Shown here: positions 8,936 to 21,964 of the stretch, one piece after another
Position numbering within the stretch: position 1 is the first letter of the stretch
How the letters are laid out: each line of letters starts with the position of its first letter
Origin: an uncultured Acidobacteriota bacterium
GTDB lineage: Bacteria > Acidobacteriota > UBA6911
Direction: 5' to 3'
NCBI GenBank assembly: GCA_963843575.1
Contig: CAWJKZ010000025.1
Coordinates: 96,001-160,000 of the forward strand
DNA length: 64,000 nucleotides
Notes under the pieces: model-generated
Seen by the model: the letters and a program-made list of their open reading frames with translations, nothing else
The model's database searches: none
What the model was told of the DNA's origin: nothing
Translations under genes and position numbers: made by a program

Positions 8936-11900
8936 ATGCGAAAGTGCCGCCGCCTGATCGTCCTTGCGCTGCTGCTTTTCCCTCCGACGGCCTTTGGCCA
9001 GTCCAACCTCGCCTCCGGCGAGCTCAAGGGAACGGTATCCGACCCGTCCGGTGCGGTGGTGCCGAGCGTGAGTGTCACGGTCACCCACACCAGCACGAAC
9101 CTGCACCGTGTCGTCATCACCGACGAGCGCGGGGAGTACCGGGTTCTGTCCCTGCAACCCGGCACCTACGACGTGAAAGCCGAGCTCACGGGCTTTGTCA
9201 CCCAGCAGCGCAGCGGGGTGCAGGTGACGGTGGGACAGACGGCGGCCGCGGACTTCCAGCTGCAGGTCGGGTCTTCCGTCGAGACGATCACGGTGACGGA
9301 CGAAGCTCCCGTGATCGAAACCGAGCGGGCCCAGCAATCCGAAACAATCAACGAGAACTACATCCGGCACCTCCCGATCGACCGGCGGGATTACCTGAGC
9401 TTCACCCTCCTCGCCCCCGGCGTGGTCGATTCCAACGCCATGGCCGACAACACCGATTTCCGGGCCGCGCAGACTCCGCAGAGCGGGCTGTCCTTCTATG
9501 GGAGCAACGGCCGCGGCAACAACGTGACCGTCGACGGGGCCGAGGCCAACGACTCCGCGGGCGGTGTGCGCGAGACCCTCAGCCAGGAAGCGGTCCAGGA
9601 GTTCCAGATCAACCGCAGCAACTATTCGGCCGAACTCGGCGGCGCGAGCGGCGGCGTCATCAACATCGTGTCAAAATCGGGTGGGAACGCGACGCACGGT
9701 AGCGTGTTCGGATTCTTCCGCGACCAGCACCTGGACTCGGCCGACCCATTCGCCTACTCGCTGGTCGCCGACCAGCCCCAGCGCGTCAAGCCGCCGGCCA
9801 ACCGACAGCAATTCGGCGGCAGGATCAGCACGCCGCTGATCAAGGACCGGACTTTCCTGTTCGGGACCTACGAAGGCCTGAGGCGGAACGAGTCTTCGAC
9901 CGTATCGGTCCTGACGGACCTCTCGATCTTTAAGCCGACGCCCCAGCAGAACGCGGTGTTGTCCGCCCTGGCGGCCAACACCAATCCCGCCCCCATCCCG
10001 TGCCTGCCTTCCGTCGCGGGAGCAGCCGCTCTCCCGGCAGCCGTGTGCGCCAACGTGCTGCGAGGCGCGCTGACCAGCAAGGCCAGTACGGTCGACCTGT
10101 TCAAATCCAACAGCGGCGTCTTTCCCTTCACCACCGACTCGAACGCCTTCTCGGTGCGCCTCGATCACCGGGCGACGGACAACAACCAGTTCTTCCTGCG
10201 CTACAATTTCACAAAAAAGAGCGACGGCAACCAGAGTACCCGGGCGCTGCTGGGGTTTTCGCGTTCGAACGACGTGCGCATCCTCGACAGCAACGCCGTG
10301 CTCGGTTGGACGGGGATAGCCAGCGCCGCCCTGGTCAACGAAGCTCGCTTCCAATGGAATTACCGCAATTTCGACGTGATCCCGAACGACCCTAACGGAC
10401 CGGAGTTCAACATCACGGGGTTCGGCTTCTTCAATCGCGACATCTTCTTGCCCAACTATTCCATCGAACGCCGCTACGAGGCCTCCGACAGCCTTTCCTA
10501 CCTGAAAGGAGGCCACCGATTGAAGTTCGGCGGCTCCGTCCTGACCCGCGCCACCCCGACTTACTCCCACACTTTTCTCGGCGGGCGTTTCGGGTTCGGC
10601 ACCCTGCCGGGTGCGCTCGTCAGCCCCACCCTGGGTGCCCTGCCGATCACCGCGCTGCAGGCCTTCGATCTGGGACTGCCCCAGTCGTACCAGCAGGGGT
10701 TCGGCGACCCGGGCGTCACCGCCACCCTGACCTACGTTTCCGTATACGCGCAGGACACCTGGAACGTGCGGCGCAACCTGACCTTCAACCTCGGGATCCG
10801 GTACGAGGTCGACGACCGGCGCGATCCCATTCCGACGGACAGGAACAACTTCGCACCGCGCGTCGGCTTCGCGTGGGATCCTGCGGGCAACAAGAGAACC
10901 GTCCTGCGCGGCGGCTTCGGCATTTTCTACTCGCCCGTCTATTTCCAGATCGATCACGTCGTCAACTCGCTGGGCGAAGTCAACGGCTACCGCCAGATCG
11001 CCCAGGTGCTCACTACCCTGAACGCTGCCAACCCGCTCGCGGCATCGGGCCCGATCAACGTCTTCCGGACACTGCGCGCGCAGGGGATCGTCGGGGTGCC
11101 CAAGTCGCAGCGGCCGATAGCGGCGACGGACCTGGCACAGTTCGGGATCCAGGTGTCCAACACGGGGCCCCGGCCCCCCCTGACGGTACTCTTCAAGATA
11201 GACCCCAACTACCGGAGCGCCTATTCGGAACAGGCGAGCCTGGGAATCGAGCACGAGGTCACCAAGGGGCTGAGCGCCGCGATCAACTACACCTTCGTCC
11301 GGACACTCAAGATCACCCGGGCCCGCGACACCAACATCCTGACGCGGCCCAAGGGAGCGCTCGGGATTCCGCTATGGACCGCCGCCTCTGGCTGCGCCGG
11401 AGCCGGGCTTTACTCTTGCTTCCGCGACCCGCTTCTCTTCCAGGAGAACATGTACGAATCGTCGGCGAGCGCCTTCTATCACGGTATGATCGTGGAGCTG
11501 ACGCGCCGCTTCGGGGCCAATTTCAGCATCGCGGGGAATTACACGTTCAGCAAGGCCATGGACGAGGTCACCGACTTCAACACGGATTTTCAGGCGAACG
11601 ATCAGACACAGCTGCGGCTCGAACGCGCCCTCTCCGCTTTCGACCAGCGTCACAAGTTCGTGCTATACGCCTACCTACAGTCCCCGTCGGCTTCGGCTTC
11701 CCGCTCCCTGCTCGTCAAGGCGGTCTCGGATTTTGCGCTCACCCCTATCTTCCGCACCAACAGCTCCCGGCCTTTCAATCTCCTGGTGGGTGGGGAGTTG
11801 AACGGAGACCGGCATTCGACGACTGACCGCCCGGTGATGGCCGGGCGCAACACGGGGATCGGCCCGGGGTTCTGGACGTTCGACCTGCGCCTGTCGCGGC

Positions 11901-12124
11901 AGTTCCGGCTGGGTGAGGAAAACCGGGTGCTCGAGCTGACGGCCGAGGGATTCAACCTGCTGAATCACCTGAATTTCTCAAGCGTCAACAACACCGTCGG
12001 CCCCGCTTTCCAGGGCCCGTTTCGCGTCGAAGCCGATCCCGTGCTCGGCGCAAGCTCGCCGCTGGGATTCACTTCGGCGTTCGACGCCCGGAGGTTTCAG
12101 CTCGGGGTCCGGTTCAGTTTCTAG
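8936..12124 (+). CDS. TonB-dependent receptor, Oar-like, with carboxypeptidase-regulatory-like N-terminal domain
   Basis: Signal peptide, 'GTVSDPSGAVVP', 'EAVQEFQI...YSAELG', 'DRNNFAPRVGFAW', C-terminal 'RRFQLGVRFSF'. Confidence 0.92.
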   Translation: MRKCRRLIVLALLLFPPTAFGQSNLASGELKGTVSDPSGAVVPSVSVTVTHTSTNLHRVVITDERGEYRVLSLQPGTYDVKAELTGFVTQQRSGVQVTVGQTAAADFQLQVGSSVETITVTDEAPVIETERAQQSETINENYIRHLPIDRRDYLSFTLLAPGVVDSNAMADNTDFRAAQTPQSGLSFYGSNGRGNNVTVDGAEANDSAGGVRETLSQEAVQEFQINRSNYSAELGGASGGVINIVSKSGGNATHGSVFGFFRDQHLDSADPFAYSLVADQPQRVKPPANRQQFGGRISTPLIKDRTFLFGTYEGLRRNESSTVSVLTDLSIFKPTPQQNAVLSALAANTNPAPIPCLPSVAGAAALPAAVCANVLRGALTSKASTVDLFKSNSGVFPFTTDSNAFSVRLDHRATDNNQFFLRYNFTKKSDGNQSTRALLGFSRSNDVRILDSNAVLGWTGIASAALVNEARFQWNYRNFDVIPNDPNGPEFNITGFGFFNRDIFLPNYSIERRYEASDSLSYLKGGHRLKFGGSVLTRATPTYSHTFLGGRFGFGTLPGALVSPTLGALPITALQAFDLGLPQSYQQGFGDPGVTATLTYVSVYAQDTWNVRRNLTFNLGIRYEVDDRRDPIPTDRNNFAPRVGFAWDPAGNKRTVLRGGFGIFYSPVYFQIDHVVNSLGEVNGYRQIAQVLTTLNAANPLAASGPINVFRTLRAQGIVGVPKSQRPIAATDLAQFGIQVSNTGPRPPLTVLFKIDPNYRSAYSEQASLGIEHEVTKGLSAAINYTFVRTLKITRARDTNILTRPKGALGIPLWTAASGCAGAGLYSCFRDPLLFQENMYESSASAFYHGMIVELTRRFGANFSIAGNYTFSKAMDEVTDFNTDFQANDQTQLRLERALSAFDQRHKFVLYAYLQSPSASASRSLLVKAVSDFALTPIFRTNSSRPFNLLVGGELNGDRHSTTDRPVMAGRNTGIGPGFWTFDLRLSRQFRLGEENRVLELTAEGFNLLNHLNFSSVNNTVGPAFQGPFRVEADPVLGASSPLGFTSAFDARRFQLGVRFSF

Positions 12125-12136
12125 CAGACGCCAGCC

Positions 12137-12763
12137 TCAGACTTGGCTGATCTTCTCGGCCGCCTCGCGCTCCAGGCGCTGTGTTGTCGGGCTGTCCAGG
12201 CCCAGGGCCAGCGCCAACTGGGCAAGATAGATCCGCTCGGCCCCCGAGACGCCGTGGTCTGCGCGCGCGACCGCGAAGGCCAAGGTGTACAAGTCCTGCT
12301 TCTTTTCGGCGCCGTCGACGCCCGCGACGATTTCCGCCAGGGGGATCGTCCGGGTCAGTTCCGTACGGACGATCCGGTCAGCCCCCGCCTCGCGCGCGTG
12401 GGCCAGGATCAACTCCTTCTCCGCCTCGGAAAAGTCCCCATCGGCCCTGGCAGCCGAGATCGCGAGCCGAAGCACCCGGAGCAGGTCCGCGGGGATTGCC
12501 GGGACGGCGGGATCGGTGGGCGGTGCGGCCCCTGGCAGCGGAGGAAGCGGCGGTGGGGGGACGGCGCTGGCGCCCGGCACGGTTGTCCTGGGGCCGGCAG
12601 ACTCCAGCAGGCCCCAAGCGAGCCCGGCCACGGTCAGGAGGCTGCTGGCGGTCAGGAACGATCCGCGCCCTCCGGTGAGAAAGCGCAGGGTACGATCACC
12701 CCGCTTCCTCCTGCTCGAAAACGCACCCTGGACCAGGGATCCGATAAGCCGTTCAGCATCCAC
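12137..12763 (-). CDS. DUF533 / TerB-like family protein
   Basis: 'ISAARADG..SEAEK' and 'AERIYLAQLALALGL'. Start placed at GTG 12763 after a G-rich SD. Confidence 0.75.
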   Translation of the reverse strand: MDAERLIGSLVQGAFSSRRKRGDRTLRFLTGGRGSFLTASSLLTVAGLAWGLLESAGPRTTVPGASAVPPPPLPPLPGAAPPTDPAVPAIPADLLRVLRLAISAARADGDFSEAEKELILAHAREAGADRIVRTELTRTIPLAEIVAGVDGAEKKQDLYTLAFAVARADHGVSGAERIYLAQLALALGLDSPTTQRLEREAAEKISQV

Positions 12764-12863
12764 CTCAACCCCCTTGAGTGAGCGCGTCCATTGCCGCGCG
12801 ATTGGCGAAAATGAAACTTTACCTGCCCGGTGGAATCTTGTATAGCATGGGAGGAAAACAGCC

Positions 12864-13328
12864 ATGATGAGAAGAGCCGTCATGTTGGGGGCTGGATTGC
12901 TCGTGGTCCTGGGCGCGGCGACGCCACCGGTCCGGGCGCAGTACGGTGATCGCAGTGCGCGGGACCAGACCTTGATCATCGCGGGGGGAACCGCGGCAGG
13001 AGCGGTCTTCGGCGGCATGGTCGGGGGAAGCAAGGGAGCCCTGGCCGGGGCCATCGCCGGCGGAGCCGGCGGGGCGATTTATAACGAGGCAACCAAAGAA
13101 GATCCGGAATACGGGGCCGAACGGTCCACCCGGGACAAGCTCACGATCATCGGAGGAGGTGCGGGTGCGGGTGCCGTGGCCGGCGGCATCGCCGGCGGAA
13201 AGAAGGGTGCACTGATCGGCGCCGCAATCGGCGGGGCCGGCGGATACATCCTGCATAAGAAGACGGAAAACCGCGACCCATACTACCGCGACCGCTACTA
13301 CCGTGATCGTTACTACTATCGCCGGTAA
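12864..13328 (+). CDS. Secreted glycine-zipper protein with internal duplication and RDRYY tail
   Basis: SD GGGAGG, signal peptide, two copies of 'RS(A/T)RD..L.II.GG..AGAV.GG..GG.KGAL.GA.(A/I)GG', 15-bp tandem repeat at the 3' end. Confidence 0.8.
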   Translation: MMRRAVMLGAGLLVVLGAATPPVRAQYGDRSARDQTLIIAGGTAAGAVFGGMVGGSKGALAGAIAGGAGGAIYNEATKEDPEYGAERSTRDKLTIIGGGAGAGAVAGGIAGGKKGALIGAAIGGAGGYILHKKTENRDPYYRDRYYRDRYYYRR

Positions 13329-13333
13329 GGAGT

Positions 13334-13510
13334 TCAACAACAGCGGTTGGGGCGACGGTACTTCTGTTCCAGGCGGGCGACGTAGAACTCTCCCGCCGTC
13401 ATCGGTCTCACTTCCGGGTGACGCGCCTTCAGGTGCTCACAGTAGCGCTCGTAGGCGTCGTCACCCATCACCGCCGCGAAAGTCGTCCACATCCGGATCA
13501 GCAATTTCAT
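13334..13510 (-). CDS. YbdD/YjiX family small protein (CstA partner)
   Basis: Hand translation, absent from the ORF track: MKLLIRMWTTFAAVMGDDAYERYCEHLKARHPEVRPMTAGEFYVARLEQKYRRPNRCC. Lies immediately downstream of cstA, as is typical for the family. Confidence 0.9.
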   Translation of the reverse strand: MKLLIRMWTTFAAVMGDDAYERYCEHLKARHPEVRPMTAGEFYVARLEQKYRRPNRCC

Positions 13511-13522
13511 CGCCCTACCCGG

Positions 13523-15586
13523 CTATTCAGTCAACGCCGAAAGCACGTACTCCGCTTCGCGCAGCTCAGGAACCTTGCGCTTCCTGAGCATCGCCAACCA
13601 CTCCCGCGCCGAGTCGAACACGATCACCAGCACGAGAAACGCGAACATCGCAGTAACACCGGCATCCAGCTGGTTGTTGAAAACAAGGCGGCGGGTCGCC
13701 GCGGCCGCGTCCACTGGCACCTGCCCGGCGTCGAGGGATTCCTGGAGACGCTCCGCTTCGGCCAGGAAGCCGATGCGGGGGTTCGAATCGAACATTTTCT
13801 GGTATGCGGCCGTCTGAGTGGCCAGCACGAGCCACAGCATCGGCAGCAACGTGATCCAGGCGAAGCGGGCCTTTCGCATCTTTATCACGATCGTCGTGGC
13901 CACGCACAGTGCGACGCACGCCAGCAACTGGTTTGCGATGCCGAAGAGGGGCCACAGGCTGTTGATGCCGCCCAAGGGATCCATGACCCCCTGGTAGAGG
14001 AAGTAACCCCACCCGCCCACGATCAGCAGGCTGGTGAATATCACCCCCGGATACCAGCCGGTGCGCCCCAGCGGTCTCCAGAAATGCCCGAGCAGGTCCT
14101 GGAGCATGAACCTGCCGACGCGGCTGCCTGCATCCAGCACCGTCAGGATGAACAGGGCTTCGAACATAATGGCGAAGTGATACCAGATCGCCATCAGACG
14201 GTATCCCCCCAGCGTGCCGGAGAAAATGTGGGCGATCCCGACGGCGAGGGACGGCGCACCGCCGGTCCGGGAGAACATTGTCTGTTCGCCGACCATGTCG
14301 GCCAGGGACTGCATGTCCTGGGGCCCGACCGGGTACCCCCACGACGAGATGGTCGCGGTTGCGGCCGCGGGATCGGCGCCGACGATGCCGGCCGGGCTGT
14401 TGACGGCAAAATAGATCCCGGGCTGCAGCACGCACGCCGCGATCATGGCCATGATCCCGACGAACGACTCCATCAGCATCGAGCCGTAGCCGATCATGCG
14501 GGCCTGCGATTCCTTTGTGATCAGCTTGGGAGTAGTCCCGGACGAGATCAGCGCGTGGAAGCCGGAGATCGCGCCGCACGCGATCGTGATGAAGGCGAAG
14601 GGGAAAATGTTGCCCGCGAAAACGGGGCCGGTGCCGTCGATGAACCGCGTCAGCGCAGGCATCTGCAGGTTCGGGCGAACGGCGAGGATGCCGAGGGCAA
14701 GGAGCAGGATCGTCCCGAGTTTCACGAACGTGCTGAGGTAGTCGCGCGGGGCCAACAGCAACCAGACGGGGAGCACCGACGCGGCGAAGCCGTAGACGAT
14801 GATCATCCACGCGAGCGTGCGGGCGTCATACGTGAACAGCCGCGCCAGCACGGGGTTTTGGGCGACGTACTGTCCGGCGACCACGGACGAGATCACGAGC
14901 ACGAAACCGAGCAGCGAGGCCTCCATGACGCGTCCCGGGCGGAGGAAGCGCAGGTAAATGCCCATCAGGATGGCGATCGGGATCGTCATCGCCAGCGTAA
15001 ACGTCCCCCAGGGGCTCGCCTTGAGCGCGTTGGTCACCACCAGCGCGATGACGGCAAGCAGGATCACGAGTATGGAGATGATGGCGAACAAGGCCGTGAA
15101 CCCGGCGACCGGACCGACCTCTTCCTTGGCGATCTGCCCGAGAGACTTCCCGTTGCGACGGATGGAGGCGAACAGGATTACGAAATCCTGTACGCACCCC
15201 CCGAGGACCGCGCCGATGACGATCCAGAGCGTGCCCGGCAAATAGCCGAACTGCGCGGCCAGGGTCGGTCCCACCAACGGACCCGGGCCCGCTATGGCGG
15301 CGAAGTGGTGTCCCAGGACAACCCACTTGTTGGTCGGCACGAAGTCTCGACCGTCTTCCAGCCGTTCGGCGGGGGTGGCGCGGCGATCGTCGAGCTGCAT
15401 GACCCGCAGGGCGATAAACCGGCTGTAGAAACGGTAGCCTATGGCATAGACGCAGATCGCCGCGACGATGAGCCACATCGCGTTGACGGGCTCGTGCCGG
15501 TGAAACGCGATCGCCCCGAGCGCTCCAGCGCCGAGAAAGCTGACCAGGGCCCAGAACACGACTCGGACGAATCGGCCAAATTTCAT
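13523..15586 (-). CDS. cstA: Carbon starvation protein A (peptide/pyruvate transporter)
   Basis: '[16 protein letters not shown]', '[13 protein letters not shown]', '[12 protein letters not shown]'. The ORF track's upstream extension comes from the MITE. Confidence 0.95.
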   Translation of the reverse strand: MKFGRFVRVVFWALVSFLGAGALGAIAFHRHEPVNAMWLIVAAICVYAIGYRFYSRFIALRVMQLDDRRATPAERLEDGRDFVPTNKWVVLGHHFAAIAGPGPLVGPTLAAQFGYLPGTLWIVIGAVLGGCVQDFVILFASIRRNGKSLGQIAKEEVGPVAGFTALFAIISILVILLAVIALVVTNALKASPWGTFTLAMTIPIAILMGIYLRFLRPGRVMEASLLGFVLVISSVVAGQYVAQNPVLARLFTYDARTLAWMIIVYGFAASVLPVWLLLAPRDYLSTFVKLGTILLLALGILAVRPNLQMPALTRFIDGTGPVFAGNIFPFAFITIACGAISGFHALISSGTTPKLITKESQARMIGYGSMLMESFVGIMAMIAACVLQPGIYFAVNSPAGIVGADPAAATATISSWGYPVGPQDMQSLADMVGEQTMFSRTGGAPSLAVGIAHIFSGTLGGYRLMAIWYHFAIMFEALFILTVLDAGSRVGRFMLQDLLGHFWRPLGRTGWYPGVIFTSLLIVGGWGYFLYQGVMDPLGGINSLWPLFGIANQLLACVALCVATTIVIKMRKARFAWITLLPMLWLVLATQTAAYQKMFDSNPRIGFLAEAERLQESLDAGQVPVDAAAATRRLVFNNQLDAGVTAMFAFLVLVIVFDSAREWLAMLRKRKVPELREAEYVLSALTE

Positions 15587-15606
15587 TGTGCTTGGCTCCA
15601 CCGCTA

Positions 15607-15847
15607 GGGCTCGCGCAAGAATAATTTCACATTTTGCCGACGGCTCCCGAGCCAACAGATCCTACAGCAAGCAACGAGTCGGAGATTGCTATTAACGGAG
15701 CCGTCAGCCTTCCGGGGCGCGGCGGCGGGAGGGCATCTGCGGCGTTGCCGCTCCTCGACGATGTCCCCACATCGCCTGCGTCGCGGCGCCTTGCATCTGC
15801 CCGCCCGGCGCTCGCGCCAAAATGTGAAATTATGCTTGCGCGAACCC
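15607..15847 (+). mobile_element. MITE-like element, copy 1 (241 bp)
   Basis: Imperfect ~30-bp terminal inverted repeats GGGCTCGCGCAAGAATAATTTCACATTTTG / CAAAATGTGAAATTATGCTTGCGCGAACCC. Near-identical copies at 46813 and 55073. Confidence 0.85.
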
Positions 15848-15902
15848 TTAAAGGAACGAGCTTAGCGGCTTCCACCCGGGAATGCAATCCAGGCCAGGTG
15901 CC

Positions 15903-15930
15903 AAGCGGGCCGCGTCGGCCCGACGCGGCC
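15903..15930. repeat. REP-like palindrome AAGYGGGCCGCGKCGGCYCGACGCGGC
   Basis: Related copies at 42640-42667 and 45093-45119. Confidence 0.65.
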
Positions 15931-16132
15931 CCAGGGTTTCGCTCCCCACCATCCAACTTGGCGTCGGGGGCGAGCCGCCGCCCCCCACTCTGCCCGGTTT
16001 TTGTTTGGCGCTCCGCGGCAGGAGTGTTATCTTGAGGCTCAGTGAGGTCGCGCCTGCCCGGAGCGGCTTCTGCTGTCATGATTTCGGCCGAATCGCTTCC
16101 TCAGAAGACCCATCAAACAGAAAGAAAGAACG

Positions 16133-16801
16133 ATGAGCAAGATACTCACGCTTTACAGTTCTTCTGTCGGACAGAAGTTCATCGTCGGGTTGACGGGCCT
16201 TTTTCTGTGCTCGTTCCTGATAGTCCACCTGTCGGGGAACATGCTGTTGTTCAGGAATGACGGCGGTCTGGCCTTCGAGCACTATTCCGAGTTCATGTCC
16301 ACCAACGTCGGTATCCGGACGATGGAGATCGTGCTCGCCGCGGGTTTTCTGATCCACATCATCGTGGCGGTGCTGGTGTGGGTCGAGAATCGCATGGCCC
16401 GGCCGGTTCGCTACGTGGTGAACAGGCCTTCGGAAAACAGCGCCCTCCCGTCGCGCATCATGTTTATATCCGGCAGCGTTCTCTTTATCTTCCTCGTCGT
16501 GCACCTCAGGACTTTCTTCGTGCCGGCCCGGTTCGCGAGCGGGGTGAAGCCGTCGATGTACGAGCTGGTGCAGGCGGCGTTCAGGAACCCGTACTACGAC
16601 GCCTTTTACGTCGTGGCCCTCGTCCTGCTGGGCTATCACCTCAAGCAGGGGTTCCAGTCGGCCTTTCAGACGTTCGGGATCCGCCCCCGCTGGCGGTGGG
16701 CCATCGACATGGTTGCGGTTTTCTTCTGGCTGATCGTCCCGGCCGTCTACGCGGCGATGCCGCTGTATTTCCTCTGGCAGGCTCACAAGGGGGTCTTCTG
16801 A
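16133..16801 (+). CDS. sdhC: Succinate dehydrogenase cytochrome b558 subunit
   Basis: '[23 protein letters not shown]', heme-ligand His residues, directly upstream of sdhA. Confidence 0.92.
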   Translation: MSKILTLYSSSVGQKFIVGLTGLFLCSFLIVHLSGNMLLFRNDGGLAFEHYSEFMSTNVGIRTMEIVLAAGFLIHIIVAVLVWVENRMARPVRYVVNRPSENSALPSRIMFISGSVLFIFLVVHLRTFFVPARFASGVKPSMYELVQAAFRNPYYDAFYVVALVLLGYHLKQGFQSAFQTFGIRPRWRWAIDMVAVFFWLIVPAVYAAMPLYFLWQAHKGVF

Positions 16802-16803
16802 CT

Positions 16804-18721
16804 ATGGCTCTGATGAACGCAAAAATCCCGGATGGACGGATAGAGCACAAGTGGGACAATCACCGTTTCAACCTGAAGCTGGTCAACCCCTCCAACAAGC
16901 GCAAGTACCACATCGTGGTGGTCGGTACGGGCCTGGCGGGAGGGTCCGCCGCCGCGTCGCTGGCGGAACTCGGCTATCGCGTGACCTCGCTCTGCTATCA
17001 CGAGTCTGCGCGGCGAGCGCACAGCATCGCCGCGCAGGGGGGCATCAACGCTCCCAAGAACTACTCCAACGACGGGGACAGCATCTAACGCCTGTTCTAC
17101 GACACGGTCAAGGGGGGCGACTACCGGGCGCGCGAGGCGAACGTCTACCGGCTGGCGCAGGTCAGCGGCAACATCATCGACCAGTGCGTCGCCCAGGGCG
17201 TGCCGTTCGCCCGTGACTACGCGGGCTTGCTCGACAACCGCTCCTTCGGGGGCGCGCAGGTCTCGCGCACCTTCTACGCACGCGGGCAAACGGGGCAGCA
17301 GCTCCTGCTCGGAGCCTACCAGGCCCTGTGCCGGCAGATCGGCGAGGGGAACGTAACCTATCACGGCAGGACGGAGATGCTCGACCTCGTCGTCGTCGAC
17401 GGTCAGGCCCGCGGCATCGTGGTGCGCGACCTCCGCAACGGCAGGGTCTCCTCGATTGCGGCGGACGCGGTGATCCTGGCCACCGGCGGCTACGCCAACG
17501 TCTTCTTCCTCTCGACCAACGCGAAGATGTCCAACGCGACGGCCATCTGGCGGGCCCACAAGCGCGGGGCGCTGTTCGCCAACCCGTGCTTCACCCAGAT
17601 TCACCCCACCTGCATCCCGGTGTCGAGCGAACATCAGTCCAAGCTGACGCTGATGAGCGAGAGCCTGCGCAACGACGGCCGCATCTGGGTGCCCAAGAAC
17701 AAGGGGGACAAGCGCCGGCCCACGGACATCCCCGAGGCCGAGCGGGACTACTACCTGGAGCGGCTTTACCCCTCGTTCGGCAACCTGGTGCCCCGCGACG
17801 TCGCCTCCCGCCGCGCGAAGGAGGTCTGCGATCACGGCTACGGCGTCGGCGAAACGGGCCTCGCCGTCTACCTCGACTTCTCCGACACGATCAAACGCCA
17901 CGGCAAGGTGTGGGTCGACGAAAAGTACGGCAACCTCTTCGACATGTACCAGCAGATCACGGGGGAGAACGCCTACGAGGTCCCGATGCGGATCTACCCG
18001 GCGGTCCACTACACCATGGGCGGGCTCTGGGTCGACTACAACCTGATGAGCACCATCCCGGGGCTGTACGTGCTGGGGGAGGCCAATTTCTCCGATCACG
18101 GGGCCAACCGGCTCGGCGCAAGCGCGCTCATGCAGGGGCTGGCCGACGGCTATTTCATCATCCCGTACACCATCGGCGACTATCTGGCCTCCACGAAGTT
18201 CAAGCCCATCGACACCTCGCACCCTGCCTTCAAGGATGCGGAGCAGGAGGTCGAGAAGCTCACCGCCAGGCTGCTTTCGGTGAAGGGGACGCGCGCCGTG
18301 GACGACATCCACAAGGAACTCGGCACGATCATGTGGGAAGACTGCGGGATGCAGCGCAGCGCCCGGGGCCTCAACAACGCGCTCGAGCAGATCCCCCGGC
18401 TGCGCGAACGCTTCTGGCGCGAGGTGAGCGTGCCGGGCAGCGCGGACAACTTCAACCAGGAGGTCGAAAAGGCCCACCGGCTGGCGGACTTCCTGGAGCT
18501 CGGCGAACTGATCGCGCGGGACGCGCTGCACCGCAGACGAATCCTGCGGCGGCCATTTCCGGGAGGAATACCAGACCGAGGAAAACGAGGCCAAGCGGAA
18601 CGACGCCGAGTTCTCCTACGTCGCGGCCTGGGAGTACACCGGGTCGGGCAGCCCGGAGCGGCTGCACAAAGAGCCGCTCACGTTCGAGTATGTGAAACCT
18701 TCCCAGAGAAGCTACAAGTGA
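16804..18721 (+). CDS. sdhA: Succinate dehydrogenase/fumarate reductase flavoprotein subunit (internal TAA at 17086-17088, +1 frameshift at ~18535)
   Basis: 'VVGTGLAG', '[11 protein letters not shown]', 'QIHPT', 'HYTMGG', 'HGANRLG'. After the shift: '[10 protein letters not shown]...SQRSYK'. Confidence 0.9.
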
Positions 18722-18734
18722 GGAGCCCTGTAAC

Positions 18735-19475
<741 letters not shown>

Positions 19476-19587
19476 TGGATGAGGCGCCTCGGCGCCGCTG
19501 TCCGCTCAGCTGCTGCGCCCGGCACCGCGCCTCGGCGCCATCCCAGCATCACAAGGCGGGCGGGTCGAGCCCCGCCCGCACTTCACC

Positions 19588-20544
<957 letters not shown>

Positions 20545-21798
20545 TCAGGACTGCATGTTCTCAATCACCGCCGTTGCGAATTCCGAGGTCTTGAGCTTGG
20601 TCGCCCCCGGCATCTGCCGCTCGAAATCGTAGGTGACGCGCTTCTGCGCTATGGTTTTTTCGAAGGCCGAGACGATCGCGCTCCCCGCCTCCTTCCATCC
20701 CATGTACTCGAGCATCATCACGCCGGAGAGGATGACCGAACCCGGGTTGACGACGTCCAGCCCCGCGTACTTCGGCGCGGTGCCGTGCGTGGCCTCGAAC
20801 AGGCCCACTCGGTCGCTGATGTTCGCCCCCGGGGCGATACCGAGCCCCCCGACCTGCGCGGCGCAGGCGTCGGACAGGTAATCGCCGTTCAGGTTGGGTG
20901 TGGCGAGCACCTGGTACTCTCCGGGCCGGAGGAGCACCTGCTGGAACATGGCGTCGGCGATGCGGTCGTTGACCATCACCCTGCCCGCGGGCGTCTTCCC
21001 GCCGTGATTCCTGTAGACCTCGTCTTCGCTGATCGTGACGGTCGCCGAATTCCTCGCGGGCGACCTGATAACCCCAGTCGCGGAATGCGCCTTCCGTGAA
21101 CTTCATGATGTTTCCCTTGTGCACGAGGGTGACGACAGACTTGCCGTGGTCGATGGCGTGCCGGATAGCCTTGCGCACCAGGCGCTTGCTTGCGAATTCC
21201 GAGATGGGCTTGATCCCTATGCCGGAGTCGGCCCGGACTTTTTGGCCCATCGGGCCGTTCAGGAACTCGATAACCTTCGTCGCCTCGGGTGTGCCCTGCG
21301 CCCACTCGATGCCGGCGTACACGTCTTCGGTGTTTTCGCGGAATATGACGACGTCCATCTTCTCGGGATGTCTTTACCGGCGAGGGCACGCCCGTGAAAT
21401 AGCGCACCGGACGCACGCAGGCATACAGGTCGAGAACCTGCCGCAGCGTGACGTTCAGGCTCCGGATGCCGCCGCCCACGGGCGTGGTCAGCGGGCCCTT
21501 GATCGCCACCGAATACTCGTCGATGGCGCGCAACGTCGCCTCGGGCAGCCACTCGCCCGAGTCGTTCTTCGCCTTTTCACCGGCAAGCACTTCCATCCAG
21601 CAGATCCTTCTCCTGCCGCCGTAGGCTGCCTCGACCGCGGCATCGAAACACCCTCCTGCTCGCGCGCCAGATGTCCGGGCCGGTACCGTCTCCTTCGATG
21701 AAGGGGATGACCGGGTTGTCGGGCACGACGAGCTTTCCGTCCTGAAACTGGATCTTCCCGCCTCGCGCCGGAGGCATGCTGGGGGACTCAGAAGACAT
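20545..21798 (-). CDS. icd: NADP-dependent isocitrate dehydrogenase (three +1 frameshifts at ~21647, ~21371, ~21037)
   Basis: Four ORF pieces join into '[11 protein letters not shown]', '[17 protein letters not shown]', 'FRENTEDVY', '[10 protein letters not shown]', '[12 protein letters not shown]'. Confidence 0.92.
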
Positions 21799-21964
21799 GG
21801 TGCGCCTTTCTTGATCCTTCACTTTGAGTTGGACTGGTGCGTGGACCCGTTCCGGTACCTACGAGCGGTTTGCGTGGATCGGCAAAACGCGCGGAGCTAT
21901 ATAACATCAGACCAAAAGTAGAATCAAGAAGGAGTGCGGGGAGTACAGTGCGGTGGGGCAAAAA

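Noticed and set aside
13316-13336. Selenocysteine read-through of the YbdD-like gene's TGA
   Set aside because: The family's terminal CC motif is already complete before the TGA, and no convincing SECIS follows.
15627-16079. ORFs spanning the MITE copies (also 46833-47963 and 54120-55175)
   Set aside because: Translations of the repeat itself, with no transposase motifs.
17086-17088. Stop-codon reassignment or pyrrolysine explaining the sdhA internal stop
   Set aside because: The codon is TAA, which terminates several genes in this window. A single miscall of TAC is simpler.
20545-21798. Programmed ribosomal frameshifting in icd, xdh, feoB and others
   Set aside because: No slippery heptamers or stimulatory structures. 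Scattered single-base insertions fit sequencing error.
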